The notes beneath the pieces were generated by a model that was not told the DNA's origin, did no database searches, and was given only the letters and a program-made list of their open reading frames with translations. A program made the position numbers and the translations under genes. This document shows positions 27,121-41,335 of a stretch of DNA of 64,000 nucleotides, one piece after another; positions within the stretch are counted from its first letter, which is position 1; every line of letters begins with the position of its first letter. Origin of the DNA: Camelus dromedarius (lineage: Eukaryota); NCBI RefSeq assembly GCF_036321535.1, contig NC_087436.1, positions 29,948,001 through 30,012,000 on the forward strand, given 5' to 3'.

Positions 27121-28208
27121 CAATATAAACTCCTTGTCTGATAATTCCTCAATTTATGTCATATCTGAGTTCAGGTCTGACTTTTTTTCTTGACTTTTAG
27201 CATTTTCTCAAAAATTTCTGTTGAAAGCTAGACACGATGCGTCCAGTAATAGGAACTGATGCACATAGCCCTTTAATGTGAGGTTTTATGTTATTCCATC
27301 TGGTGGTTGGGCAGTGTTTAATGCTTGTTGTAGCTGTAAGTAACAGAGGCTTCAGTTTCTTCTTGTCTTGTTTTTTTCCCCGTTATTGTATTTTGACTTC
27401 TTTAAGGATTCCTTCTTAAATAGAATTTATGCATTGCAGCTCTTTGAGCTGCAATCTACTGTTAATATACTGGCTACTGGAGTCCTAATGATGTGGTAGT
27501 GAGGCGTCAGGGAAAAGCATCATTCTATAGTCCTATGTTTAGGTTTCTGTCTTTAATGGCCTTCTGTGTCTGGTCTGTGACCTTCATAAGTGTTTCTTAC
27601 CATCACCATCGTTTAGGTAAGACAGGAAGGAGAGAGGGTGGACAGGAGGGATAGAGGATGGAGACAGATAAATGTGTTTCCCCCAGGTGGAAGGGAACTC
27701 TCCTAAAGTCTTTTCTCCTGGAGAGTAGGCTTTTGTTGTGGAGAAATCTCTGGACATATTTCGCAATGGTCATTTTTCTTCTCCCTCTACCAAAAGTACA
27801 AAGGGACCTTTCTTGTCTCCTATCAGAATCTGGAGGGGGGAGGGGGTGTCTGGAGGTAAAACCCATCAAATTGGTATGCGAGGGGACTATAAAAATATGA
27901 CCAGAGAAATTTCTTACTGTCACCTTAGCTTCCACTCAGCCTTCAGCAATTCATCAAATTACCGTTTAAGTGTTTCTATCAGTTATGGTTGTAACCGCTT
28001 TTGCTCCAGGTGAGCAAATCTTGGCTGTGACCCTCTGGATTTGCCTGTCTCTCCAGATTTGGGGGTGGGAGTTTGCCCTATGACCTCAGTTCTCTGATGA
28101 GTCCTCAAGAAAAGTCACTGATTTTCAGTTTATTCAGCTTTTTCTTGTTGTAAGGATAGGAGTGAGGACTTTCAAGCTCCCTATATTTTGGAGCTGAAAC
28201 CTGAAGTC
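27121..28208 (-). mobile_element. L1MD/L1MC-type 5' end (5'UTR to start of ORF1 only)
   Basis: Minus strand starts GACTTCAGGTTTCAGCTCC...AGCTTGAAAGTCCTCACTCC...CATCAGAGAACTGAGGTC, the L1MDa-like 5' terminus, and stops near GAATTATCAGACAAGG. Confidence 0.8.
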
Positions 28209-29125
28209 CTATATCAATAATTTATGCAAGATATCCACTTAAAATTTATATAACTTCTCAAAATTAACTGTACAAAAACTGTCTGACCTCTATCCCCTCT
28301 CTGCAACCTGCTTTTCTCCTAAATCTTTCCTGCATCCTTAAGTGGCATCTCCATCCTTATATATGCTCAGACTCCAAGTCCTGGAAACACTTTTTTTTTT
28401 TTTTTGTATTATTCCTCCCTGTCATAACCCATATATATTCTATGAGAAAACCTTGCTGATTTTTATCACCTCCAATATTACGTCTACCACCACCACCTTG
28501 ATCCAAGCATTTGTCATGGTAACATGGATTATTGCAAGGACCTCATAACTGGCCTCCCTTTTATTATTCTTATTTTCTTACACTGCGTTGTCAAAACATT
28601 GGCAACAGTAGATCCTTTCCAAGCATGAGTAAGATCTTCTTAAATTTTTAACATTCTAGAATTTACTTTTTAATTGTGAATAAAATATCTAAGTCCAATA
28701 TTAGGCATGTCTCTACCCACTAGCTCTACTCTACTATTGCTACACTCAGCTCCAGCCACAATGACTTCTGCACTATTCTTGGAGTGTATCCACACACACT
28801 CCTCCCTCAGAGCCTTCCCATGTGCCGTGTGTCACCTCAGATGCTTGTGTTACTGGCTTCCACACTGTGTTCAGATTATACCGTGAAGATGAGTCTTTCA
28901 TTGACCATTGTTTGAAGCCAACTACCCCCAGATTTATCTTCCCTCATAGCACCTATCACAGTCTTTAATTGTATGTGTTTATTTAGGTAGCATATGTCTG
29001 TCTCCCCAGAGTAGAAAGATTGCTGAAAACAAGGATGTTTAACTATTTTGCAACCCAATGCACCATCAATACCTTGAACAGTGTCTGAGACAAAGGAGGC
29101 ACTTAATACATATTTGCTGAATAAA
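28209..29125 (+). mobile_element. L2 LINE, right part with 3' terminus
   Basis: Resumes L2 (gatatccactt...ctcaaaattaac) and ends gaacagtgtctgagacaaaggaggcacttaatacatatttgctgaataaa. Confidence 0.85.
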
Positions 29126-30009
29126 GGACTAAGTTTAATCCACTACGGTAAGAATATTTTGACTGTATTTTTTCTATCTATAGTAGAATAACAAAAACCT
29201 ACAGACCTAATTGTATTTAGGGAAGTCTTTATAGTTAGCTCTTGTAGTTAAATATAGTGTGAAATTATGACCTTCTTATAGGTTACTAGAGGAGGAAGCA
29301 TGGAATAATGATGAATAAATCCCAAACAAGATGAAAGTATTATTTATTGTTTTCCTTCAATTTCTTTCTTCTTGGGTTTTAATCAGTGGTCCTACTTGAC
29401 GTGAGTATTTTTATGGACTCTACAGATTGGGTTGTAACCTGGGTAAATACATTTATGTTAAAAGGTACAGACTTCCTGAGAAATGTACAATTATTCTGCT
29501 TTAAACATGGCCTCACAATAATGAATGCTTATTTTTCAGTCATATTTTTTAATCTATTTAATTATTTCTTCAAATTACTTAGGCAGCTTCTCACATCCAC
29601 AAGCTTATACTTAGGCGTTTCATCATGCACTTATCTTAAATCTCAGACTACTTAGTAATTAAAACTTTTCTGACTAAGAACTTGCATTTCTAATATATAA
29701 TCACTTCTAAATTAAATTTATAATCAATTAATCATTTCTCTAATAGTAATGATCTTTCTTATAATAATGTTTCATTTCCCAATTTTCATAATCATGTTGT
29801 AAATTGCAGAAAATGTCACAGACTTTTAGAAGTTTGGGAGGGGCGCAGACCTCACTTCTGTTCCTTTCAGTTAGTAGAAGGTATTTAAGAATGTTAGCAC
29901 ATTGGTATATTTCTTACCTATCCCTGTAGTTCCTCCTCATGAAACATGGAATAGTGACTCTTTTCCATCCAAGAAGAGAAGACATGAAACAAATGAAGTG
30001 CACAAAATA

Positions 30010-30230
30010 CAGAGCAGTGAAAGAAATTCAGGCTAGTTCAAGGTTGACTTGAGTGAAAAGCCCACCTGTGTAATTACTAGCCATAGACTTGGCACAATTC
30101 CACTAACGTCTCTGAACACCATTTTCTCCTTCGTAAATTACAAAAGCACTGCACCAGCTACTGGTTTACCCCCATGCTTATGTGGAAATGCATTTTATGG
30201 AAAATTTAAGCATTCCTATTTGGCAACAGC
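30010..30230 (+). mobile_element. MIR, decayed
   Basis: aattactagccatagacttggcacaattccactaacgtctctgaacaccattttctcc. Confidence 0.55.
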
Positions 30231-32569
30231 ACTATTTTTATTCATAGGTAAGGTTCTGTATAGGAAAAGAGATTGATGATTTTTAGACCATTAGTAAAAT
30301 CTGGTATCTTCTTTTTGTAATAATTAGGAATTCTACAAATGGTTGACAGGAAGAATAAGGCAGGGTGAAGAGTCACCTGTTTTGAAATGAAAACTGCAAT
30401 AAAGTCCCCTTTAATTTATTGATATACACGTATCTTTCTTGTATAAATAATAATTTTTTCTTTTGATACAGTTGTTTTGATTACTTATGACTTCATATAA
30501 AAAAAACTTCAAAGTCCATCTGGGAAATTGAAAGTAAATAATTAAATATAAATTTATTTTACCTTTATATTTTAACCAGAAAAAAAAAGAAATAAAAAAA
30601 ATGTTATGAAATAGCTTTCATAGTTTCTGATCCAAATAGAACCCTAAAGTACACGGCAATTTTCCTGTCTACATTATCACTACTTGTATGCGTTTCCCTA
30701 ATGAAGAAATACCCAGTGTGCTTCTCCTTTTAAAAATATAAAATAACATAATATCTTTAATTTTCTAGATAGAATCTTAAAAAAAATGTATTTTTGATAG
30801 AGCACATTTTCCATAGGTAGCTAGATGGGTATATAGATAAGGGAGCTGAGCAAATACCTGAATAATTTGACAAAGGCTCTGATTTCCCTTAAATGTTTAT
30901 TATAGCTGGTTTGTAAGCACAAATGAGCCTAAGAATACAATTCTTGATTGAAAATTTGGATTCTTGGATACCTTTCAATCTGATTGGCCAAACTGAATAA
31001 ATATTATAAAATTATCGAAGTGCATTCATAATTATATAATGTAGCATATGAAAGATTTGACAAACATAGTAATATGTTATGTGGAAATAAAGAAAAGGGG
31101 AAGAGACTTAACAACATGGAATCATATAAAAAAGGTAACTTACCTTGTTAATTGTTTTTTTGGTTGGGCTATCTTTCTAAGAAATACTACTTAGTATTAC
31201 CTATAAACATTTAAATGAATTTAGGAAATAATGCAAATTATATTTTCAAGTGAAAAATATATTAATAGAAAATCATTTAAAATTAAGTTTAATTTCAATG
31301 TATATTTATTGACATGTAAGTATATCTATTTTAATTGAAAATAATTAACTAATAATAATTACAAATGCTTTGCACAAATACCTTTGACTTCATTTTGTCT
31401 TTTAGATATGGCCGTTTGTTCTGCCTTATACATTATCACACGTTAAAGGTATTTTCTGCCTTGTAAACTATTTTAAAATAATACATTTTAATTATATTCT
31501 AATTAGAGATGTGATTAGTTTTAGAAAATTTAAGAAGAAAATATGTAAGAATGAAGGATTAAGTATTCACTCATAATCTTGTTTATTGTTAACAAGGTGA
31601 AATATTTTTCCAACATTTAGTGTGACTCCATTTCTTCCTCTAGTTTCATGAATTTTATTTAAATATACATATAAATTCAGTGATGGGTATAGATATTTTA
31701 GTACTTAAAATTTTGGAGGTGATCTCAGTCCCTCAGACCACTTTGCTCTCCTGTGGGAAACATTGCTTGTTACATTGACTTGGTCCTTGTAGTTGCTCTT
31801 GTCACTGTTAACATTGTTTTGATCTGGTCTTCATTTAGTCTTATTTCTCTGTGGTGTTATCTTTCCAGACCACACTAATTCACTTTCAGTTACTATTTCT
31901 GTGAATGCATTCATTGTGAATATTTCACCATCTATTTCACATACATAATAATTGCTATTGATTGGAACTCCTGCAGCAGCCAGCATTTGGGTTGAAATAT
32001 TATTTTACATTACCTAGTGAAAATGTATGAAATAAATGTCTTCAAACTGTATCCTTGGTTTATCAACTCATGTAAACATTATATTGTTTAGTGTATTTTG
32101 ACAATGATACATTGATTTGCAGTTCAATTTTGAGAACCTCCTCTTTCAACCATTGTTTTATGCAACATTGAGAAAGAATGCACAGGATGCCCCTGACATT
32201 TTTGCTTTTTAGTTTAGGAAGTCAATACTGAGAGTTTATTTTACACATTTTAACATAAGATGGAGAATATTTTAAATATAAACAGTAATGTAAATAAATA
32301 TGAAGCATCTTAAACTTAATACAATGATGAGCATGTTAAATTTATTTCTAAGATACTTTGATCATGTTTAGAGATCCAGATTTTAAAAAGCTGTATGTAG
32401 GGAAAATGTCCATAGGTTATAATTTTTATGAATTAATTTATCATGATTCTTTTACATGACATTTTGATGGGAAGCTACCTTAATTAGAGAAAACAATAAT
32501 TGTGCACTATAAGATATGTAATCTCTAACTCTTATCTTCATTTTATTCTATATGAAATCTGATTGTCTA

Positions 32570-32705
32570 TCCATTCTTCCATTTATTCATCCTGTTATCT
32601 ATTGATTGGAGAAATATTTATTTAACATTGGGGTGTTGTGTTAGATGATGCATATGGTGACGATTAAGACATGATAACTGTGCTCACAGTGCTTACAGCC
32701 TTGTA
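32570..32705 (-). mobile_element. L2 3' end fragment
   Basis: aaatatttatttaacatt...tgctcacagtgcttacagcc. Confidence 0.5.
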
Positions 32706-33149
32706 TCTGTAAGTGTCTCTGGGCTGATATGTGGTCTTACTGTATATTACAATCAACAAATACACATTTGCTTTCATCACACTTCCCCCTCAACCTCCCC
32801 TCCTTCAGAAAAACAATAATGTCATAACTTAGCCTCCTTTATACCCCAAACTTAGCCAACCACACTGAGAGTGTATGTTTAGAAAAAAAGGTGAATACTT
32901 GTTTGGCAAATTCAAGTACATAAAATTACTCTCCCCCTCTAAATTTAATATAATATTTTAGATATACAAACCTTTATGTAAAGTTAAATATAAATAACAA
33001 ATGCCTACATACTCGTAACAGAACTTAAGAAATAATATATAATGATGTTTGGAGATCCTTTGCAATGTACCTTTAACAATTATTCCCCTTCTTCCCAACA
33101 GTGTTAACAAAAATGGATTCATTATTTTAATTATTTATGTTTTTAGACA

Positions 33150-33435
33150 TTCTCTCTATATGAAATATTGTGCTCTGGATAAATGGCGATGAACAAATTA
33201 AAAGTAGTTTCTACCTTCACTAAGCTTATTGTGAGAGAAAGTCATTCTAGCACATGTTAAAGACCAGAGCATCCCCTGGTCATTTTTGAGCAGTGGTGTG
33301 GTATTACCTGATTCACATTTTTAAAAGAACCATTCACATGACCAAGAAAAAATACACTGAAGGAGGCCATGTAGCAAGAACAGAAACCAATAGGAAGCAA
33401 ATTCGTTAGACCAAGTGAGGCGTTATCTTGCTTTA
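33150..33435 (-). mobile_element. L2 fragments
   Basis: ttttgagcagtggtgtggtattacctgattcacatttttaaaag. Confidence 0.55.
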
Positions 33436-33449
33436 AATTGTTGCGTGGC

Positions 33450-34950
33450 CCTTGACATCTTTTATTTGTCTGTCTGATGGTACTAAAGCAGATTCTGGAA
33501 ACACTGATCCTTTCTCCCTATTGAATTAGCTACCACTTTCTTTATGGACAAAATCTTCGAGTAATTTTGGCAAAATTAACAGTACATCTCACATCAAAAT
33601 TCAAATAGACTCCTCAAAACCTCTTCTCAGAATTAATCAATACCTTACAAGTAAAGAAGCCCTTCAAGGTATAAAACCAATAATAGAAGATTATAAGGCT
33701 TAAGGTCTCACTGGCATTTGTACTCAGCCCTGTAACTCTCATTTTACCTGTGAGAAAACTAAGGGCCAAGAGTGGAGGCTTGTCCAGGATCTCCCAGCAG
33801 TAAACAACATTATTATCCCTCAATACCCTGTTTTTCCTAACCCTCACGTGTTAATAACGTTCGTTCCCATCGGAAGCAAATTCTTTATTGTAATTGACTT
33901 ATGCAGTACATTCTCTAGTATTCCAGGTGATAAAGCTCGCCAATAATTTTTGCCTTCACTCAGGAAGAGAAATAATTCCGGGACATAATGCCTCAGGGTT
34001 TTGTTAAGAGTTATTTTTATTTCTCAGAAATCCTGAAAGCTGTTCTATATGATGTAAAGTTTCTTAGAGGCTCTACTTTGTTGCAATATGTGAATAAGTT
34101 GCTCCTTTGCTTTCCTTCTCAAGCCTGCTCACAGGAAGGCAGCATCCGCTTGCTAAAGCTTTTAGCCTTGAAGGAAGTAAGTTCTCAAAAAAAATTGCAG
34201 TTTGCCTAAAACCAGGTTTGATATTTAGGACATCTAATATCAAAATAAGGGCTACACTGAGATCCAGATAGACTTCATGATGTCAGAAGTTTCCCAAAAC
34301 CCTCAGGTCTTGTTGGTTATTGCCAAAATTGGATTCCAGTAATCTCTCTTATGGCCAAACCTTTATATGTTTTACTCAAAAGTAACAACCTTGTCCCAAT
34401 TTTACAGGAAGAACCCCACAACATAGCTTTCAAGACTTTAAAGGAGAGTTTGATAAATCCACCTGCCTTTGGGCATCCCAATGATCAGATTCTCCTTTCC
34501 TTTTTGTAAATGAAAAAGAAAGGCATGTTCTTGGTGTAGTCACCTGAAAAAACATGGGGACCACCAGCGACCCGTTGGTTGTTTTAGCCACAACTGGACA
34601 CTGTGGTGCAGGGATATCCCCCTTTTCCTTAGAGCCAATACTGCCACTGCCCTTTTGATTAAGGCCACCAAGAAAATCATTGTGGATTCCTCTTTAGCCG
34701 TTTTTTGTAACCCATGCGGTAGACATTCTCCTGAATTCTTATCACACTGAACGTTTTGCAGCCAGCCACCTCACCTCCTATGAAATCCTTTTGTTAACTG
34801 CTCCTCACAGAACTCTTTTAAGTTGTAATGATTTTAACCCAGCTGCTCTTCTTCCCGTAATCACTGATGAAGCCTCTCATGACTGCTTGATGTGACAGAA
34901 CACCTCCGGACTCCTCGCAATGATCTGTGGAGACTTCTATTGGATAACGT
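33450..34950 (+). pseudogene. pol: Orphan ERV class I pol fragment (RT plus connection; no LTR, gag, RNase H or IN)
   Basis: Decayed translation EALQGIKPIIEDYKA*GL, WRLVQDL, IDLCSTF, MPQGF, LLQYVNKLLL (YVDD site); colinear with the reverse complement of about 47020-48470. Confidence 0.93.
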
Positions 34951-35017
34951 AACCATCTGCAGTTTAAGCCACCCAAACTGCGCTACTTTGTCATGGCAGC
35001 CCTAGCAAGCTAATACA
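34951..35017 (+). mobile_element. MaLR (MLT1A/B-like) LTR 3' terminus
   Basis: gtttaagccacccaaactgcgctactttgtcatggcagccctagcaagctaataca. Confidence 0.85.
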
Positions 35018-38000
35018 TATTACGTGTAGCATTCCTAACCCCATCAAACTTGATGTTATCTTTTCCAGCTCTGAACTTTGATACTCATGTCATGCTCTAC
35101 CTTTACTATGGTAATCATGGTTATTTAAGTAAGCTGTGCTACTGATCCACAATTTAAAAATATTTTACTTTTTTATTAATTTTAATGAATAAAACAAAGT
35201 ATTAAATACATTCGTTTGGAAGTTCTGCCTACAAATAGTAATTTTCAATTATTCTCACATATCAAGTAACATCAAGTAGCTCCTTTCAACTCTGATTACT
35301 TTCAGCAGAAGTATTATATACTCACTGAATAATGTGAATAACTGGAAACTACTGAAAAAAAATAGATACCTTTTCTTTTCTGAAGGAGCTTAAAACTTAG
35401 TTATTGAGTCAGACAGAATATCAATGGGAGTCACCACTTGCTTTGTGTAGTGTTTAACCATTTTGCCTTTGTCCTTACACTATTTCTCCAAATTGTAAAA
35501 TACAGAGAGGGAATCAGTCAAAAGATAAGTCCCACTGAATGGCCAACAACTTCCAGATAGAACTTTAGTCTTAGAAGTGAGGAGTCATCTGTACCAATGT
35601 TCGGTTGGTCAGCTACACAGACAAATGAGCTGATTTCTGAAACAAGAACTGAAAACTACATATTTTATAATTCTGTATTCATACAAATGAAGTTAGTTTA
35701 ATTAGTTTGTCAAAATGATGCAAGATGACATACCAAAATAATTCAGTTCACTACATGACCAAACTAAAATGCTTATTTGCTTACTCCAGAAAGATAATTA
35801 TTTTCATATACAATTGATGGTGAATTTAGATTATTAAAAAATCTTGGCAGATTTTTCAAAAGGTGGTTTGGTTCTGTTTTCTTAAAACAGTATTCAACTA
35901 TGACTGTTTTATTCTGTCTTCTTAAATAAAAAAGTCTTGAATTGTATGTTGAAATTCATATTTAAAAAAAGAGAGATAACCTAATGATTTACAAAAGGGG
36001 TTAGAAAAAGGGTAAAAAAGGTAGCTAAATAACTTTTGTTTGGAATATGCTGACTTGTGTATAATTACGATCTTACTCATTATGCTTCATTAATCTAGTT
36101 TCTTGGATATAATTTGCACTTATGATGATATAACAGTATTAAATTATTACTTATATATAAGACCTATATACTTGTTTATTTTTATGCAATAAATCTGAAG
36201 TGAATTGGTATTAGTAGTGATTATTTTATCTGTATTTATAAATAAAAGTCTGCTACTCTCCCAAGTTATGCTACAGGCATAATCTTCAACAATAAAACCC
36301 TACTGGTTGAAAAAAAATTTTTTTTGCTGTTAAATATATTCTTAGAAATATGCCATAATGAGGACTACCCCAAAATCACCTTAGAAAAACATAAGCTTCT
36401 CTACTAGTAAAATAAGAGAGCTGAAAAAGACAAACTCATGTAATCATAATTTAAAATCTTGACATTCTCCAGTCAGATTAAAAAAAAAAGAATACACACA
36501 CACAACCATATATATATATAGACATTACATAATTTATAATGTCACTCAACTTTAATATAAAAATATTCTATGATTGTGTATAAATGCATGGTAACAGAAG
36601 GCATTTCTCTGTTTCAGTGTATTGGAAGGAGCATTAAATATATACCCTGTTACATTATAAGGATGTCAGATGTAGAAGTTTATTTCATCATTCTTAAAAT
36701 TTTTATAATAATTTACTTTTCAAAGTATGTATGTCCAATAAAATTAAATAGCTAGGGGGAGAATTTATAATAATATATTTTAGGAACTTGGAAAATGTGT
36801 ATCATCTTAGCCAAAAAATAAAAAGTGACAAAGACACCCATTGTTTTTCATAATGTAAAATGGCATGACTCTTGTAGTGAGACTATTGCTTATTTTGTGA
36901 CTTGCCAAAATATTGATGCTTCCCAATATGTATAATTTAATTTCTCACCAAAAAGTAATTATAATCCGGTATACTATTGTATACTAAAATAAAGGAGTAC
37001 TTTCAAAGAAATTTTCAAAGTGATAATTACAATGTTGAGAAAGGACTATGCGATTTCAAACTCTGAACTCTTGAGTTTCTGTATTTAAATATACTAATCC
37101 TCCTAGTTTTCTCTTTTGAAATCATGTGCTGGAGATTATTTTCTCTTTTAACATAATTCCTATAGATTCCGATAGAAGTCAGTTCGTACTGATGCAAAAA
37201 GGGACACATTTTATCATTGCTGAAGGTTTGTCTGAGCTCTGTGAGTCCTAGTGATTCACCTGATGTCAAATCTCAGATTGCACATGTTTTATTGATCATA
37301 ATATGGTTTACAGAGCAGATGTGAAATGATTATTTAATAGGTATGTGTGTAGCCTGGAAAAAATACAGAACACAATAGCCTCATCATAAAGTATTGCTGT
37401 GGATACTTTGGACATCCTGGGGCACAGAAAGGAGACTGTGTTTTGAAGAAGAGTGAGATTTTCAAATTGTTGCTTTACTTCAAACCTAGCGTTCTCTGGC
37501 CACTATTTCTTGTCATCTCCTAAATGAAAATATATTGTTGTAAAAATGTAAAGCCAAGTTGTAGAATTTAAGGCCACATGAGTATATGGTTGAAAAATTC
37601 AAGACTAAATGTAAACTTAATTTTCTTACATTAGTTGAATTTAAGGATTTTATTAAAGGAGAGAAATCAAGTAAAATATCAGGCTCATTCTTTTCTGTTT
37701 TTAAAACAAGTGACTAATTGAAGTAAACTATTTGGCCCTTTGGAGAGATTGTTTTTCTGTGTGTAGAGCCTACATGAGGTGAAAAAGAAAAGATTTCTAA
37801 GATGCATTATAGAAATAGAGTTTTTACTCTTGGGGTAGTTCTGGAAACTTTGAGAGCAAGAGAGAGAAAATAAAACAGATAGTGGATGCACTAATTGAGC
37901 ACAATAATTTGGATAGTCAGATTATTTGTATTATATATGTATATAATGAAATATTATAACTCACCCCTCACAGCCTTTTTTATTTTATCATAAAGCATTG

Positions 38001-38837
38001 CTTCTTAAATTAGTTGTATTTTTCAATATCTCTCTCAGACAGAACACAATTTTTCTAAAAAAAAAAAAATAGATATGTTTGTGTTGTTCATGCTGTAATT
38101 TCTGAAAATGAGCAAAATTTGTAATATAGAGTATGGACTTAATTTTTATTACTTCACTGGCATACCAGTGAGTCTTACATGAACTTTCTTTTAAAATAAT
38201 CATTTAATTTTTGATTTAATAGAGGAATATATCAATTACTTTAAAAATATAAGTACAAATAAAATGGTCTTATGAAAATTATTTTATTTGAAATACATCA
38301 ATATTTTATTGTTATTAAATATAATAATTCCTAAAAGATCATAAGTATGCTATTTATCTATTAGTTTATCTCTATGGTTATCAAAAATGTTCTTTTGGAA
38401 ATTATTCTTTTATTCTTTGGGGACTAAAATCAACATTAAAATAAGCAATGAAATTAGAACAAAATAGCCAAGATAGTTTTATTTTAAAATATTTGCACTA
38501 TTTTACTATTGACCATAAACATACTGATTCTTACTGTAGTTTACATTTTTCCTTGAATTGTTTTCAAATATAATTTAAGTTTTGGTAATTTTGGTGTTTT
38601 TTCTTCTTCATTCATCCCAAGTTCTACTCATTATATTCAATTGTAAGTTACTTTTATTCTATTATTTTATCTCCATGGAAATGTCTCATCATATGTATGT
38701 TTATAGTTTAAAAATATGTATTGATTGATGTTTTATTTATGAAATATTATGATGGACATGCAAGGTGTTGGGCTAAGTTGAACATTGATCTTGGTCTAAT
38801 ATCAGTACTAGGTTGGATAGGGAACTTTCCCCCATGT

Positions 38838-39030
38838 CATTCATTTAGTATTCAACAGTTACTAATTATTTACTGAGCTCCTATGAAGTATTTTGGTAAC
38901 TGAAGACATGGTAGTGAACATGCCATATCACCAACCTCATGATCTGTGTATGTGTAAGGTACAGAAGCAGAATAAAGGGACAGTGAAGGGTGGATAAAGT
39001 AGTTAGTTTAGACAAAGTGATCAAAGAGGA
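38838..39030 (-). mobile_element. L2 3' fragment
   Basis: cattcatttagtattcaacag...atttactgagctcctatg. Confidence 0.5.
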
Positions 39031-40164
39031 GCAGAGACTGGAAACAATAGATAAGTATATTTAAATGGTAAGATGATAAATGGTAAAGATTGATCTTCTG
39101 CATAGAAAATATAACAAGCACAGAGGCCTGATTCCTATCTGAAAAGTAACATTACAAAGAGTATTTAAAAGAAGATATCACCGTTATTAATATTCAGTGG
39201 TACTCATCTATAAGGGTATTTTTAACCTTGTCAAAAATCAAGGTTCTTGATCCTTTCATGTAAAACTGTGCCTCTGAATCATTTTTGATCAAAGATTCTT
39301 TTAAAAGTCCTGTTTTATCGTGGCCTCTTCTCTGTGGAGTGCTCATGTGTTCATTCATGCATTAGTCTTCTTACAGTGTGGAGGGGGTGTAGTCGAAACC
39401 CTGACTGCCAGACATGGTCCCCAAGTTATAAACTCCTCTTATTCAGTTGAAGCAAAAGATGTTAAGTTTTTAGTATTTTGAAAGATTTAATTTTATATGT
39501 ACTAACAAATAGTACTCCTATAATCTAAGGGGAAGTAGCCGTTTTATTTTTTAGAGATCTTCAAACATTCTTGCATTAACACTATTACCATATTAATACA
39601 CTCATGAGCTTCTAAGTGCAGGCCCCTTTGTGATGTGCACAGAAAAATACAAAATCAACGTCAAGTGAAGCTTTCTTAATATGGAATTTATATGCATCTT
39701 GAATGTATCACAATGGATATTATTACATTTCAATGTGTTTAGACTCAAATTTTCTAGGAAGGCTTTTTCTCCCAGATGGATTCACCATCCCATGACATGA
39801 ACTTATAAAATATCAATAGAGCAAATTTCTTAGAGATCTATCATCTTACAGATCTTTCTTTCACAAATATGCAAATTTTACCGATTACCAGATTTACATC
39901 CTTCTGTTAGCTTGTAAATGAGTCCAGAGGGAAATATCTCAAAGCAATATCTTTTAGAGTTTCTCATTATTCTTTTATCAGGCATAAGAACCTAATTAAT
40001 TAGATGCATGTTAATGTGTATCATATTTAATGCATCATTCACTTACTCATATACACAGACATCCAGGAAATGTTGTTTGCTGACTGTTGCTTCTGTCACG
40101 CTATTCCACCTGAGAAGGCTAATGGACAGCTAACTCAGTTGTCTGGAGACATTTTCACATTTTT

Positions 40165-40320
40165 TAATATGTTATATGTGCCAAGCATTGAGCTAGTGCT
40201 GGGAATATGCAGATAAATATAAAGTATTTCATATCCCTTTGGAACTGCAGTATATTTGTGAGGTAACAGATGAGCTAAAAGATGACTATACAAAATACTA
40301 TGAGAAGAACAGGAATAGGT
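40165..40320 (-). mobile_element. L2 3' fragment
   Basis: tatatgtgccaagcattgagctagtgctgggaatatgcag. Confidence 0.6.
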
Positions 40321-41217
40321 ATCATGGTTATTCCTCTCACTTCACATTTGACTAAGGATGTTTAATTACTGGGACTGCACTTGGAGTGCTAGAAAAAAGG
40401 GAACTTCTTTGCCAGACTTAACCATACAGTTCTCCCCCTGGGTATGTGAGCCTCAATCTCTCTCTGTATCTTCCACAGACCAGAATATTTGGAATTAGAT
40501 TTATAATCAATTAGTTGAATATTTTATCTAACTGCCTTTGTGTAGTGTTCAATTAACTGTAATCAGACTCTATATATAGAGAAACAAGGAGGCACTGAAT
40601 AATTTTTTTAAGTGATGACTGTCTTTAATTCTTTGGAGGTAGCTAATTCTGCCTCACTTTTCTGAGAGCAATGGTAGGAAATAAAGAGGATCTTGCTTTC
40701 ACATATTATATTATATTGTATGTACGAAAGAATGATATCAAATTCAATGTTCATAAAAGGAGGTTTGAATTTTAATTTTTTCTCTAGTAAATATTTATTT
40801 TTAATCTTAGAGAAAGAAGTGAAGACTGCCAGACAGAAAATGGATTTAGCCACTTAAGTTGATATTAGTTGTAACACGGATTGGGAGAGCAGCAAGTAGG
40901 GAAATTGCAAGTGCAAGTCAGGGGTGTTTTTTGATCACGACCAAAAAGGTGGTCACTATTATAAATAGCTCACTTACTACAATGGTGAAGGTAGGTTCAG
41001 TATATTGTAAGTTAAAACAACTAAGGGTAAGGAGCACCATAAATACAAGAATTCCCCTTACTAAGTCAAGAAAGTTCACAGATAGGGACACTGGAAGGAA
41101 AATCTCGAAGCGACAAGGGGCAGCCCTCACTGAGTTGCCCTCTTGAGTTCTGTATTCTCTAGAGTCTCCTCACTGTTTGTGCTTCTGCCATCATCAACCT
41201 CTTCCCTTGGGAGTACG

Positions 41218-41335
41218 GTAGCTTTCTCACTGCAGCAGTAAGGTTGTGCATTTGCAATAGACACCACATGTGTCGCCCACAAATTAGACAATATTTATCA
41301 TCTGGCTCCTTAAAGAAAAAGTTTGCTGACCCCTG
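41218..41335 (+). mobile_element. MER58A (hAT-Charlie) 3' half
   Basis: aatatttatcatctggctccttaaagaaaaagtttgctgacccctg terminus. Confidence 0.85.

Noticed and set aside
40859..41200. Overlapping ORFs in a GC-raised block
   Set aside because: No homology recognised; probably an old LTR remnant that I cannot assign
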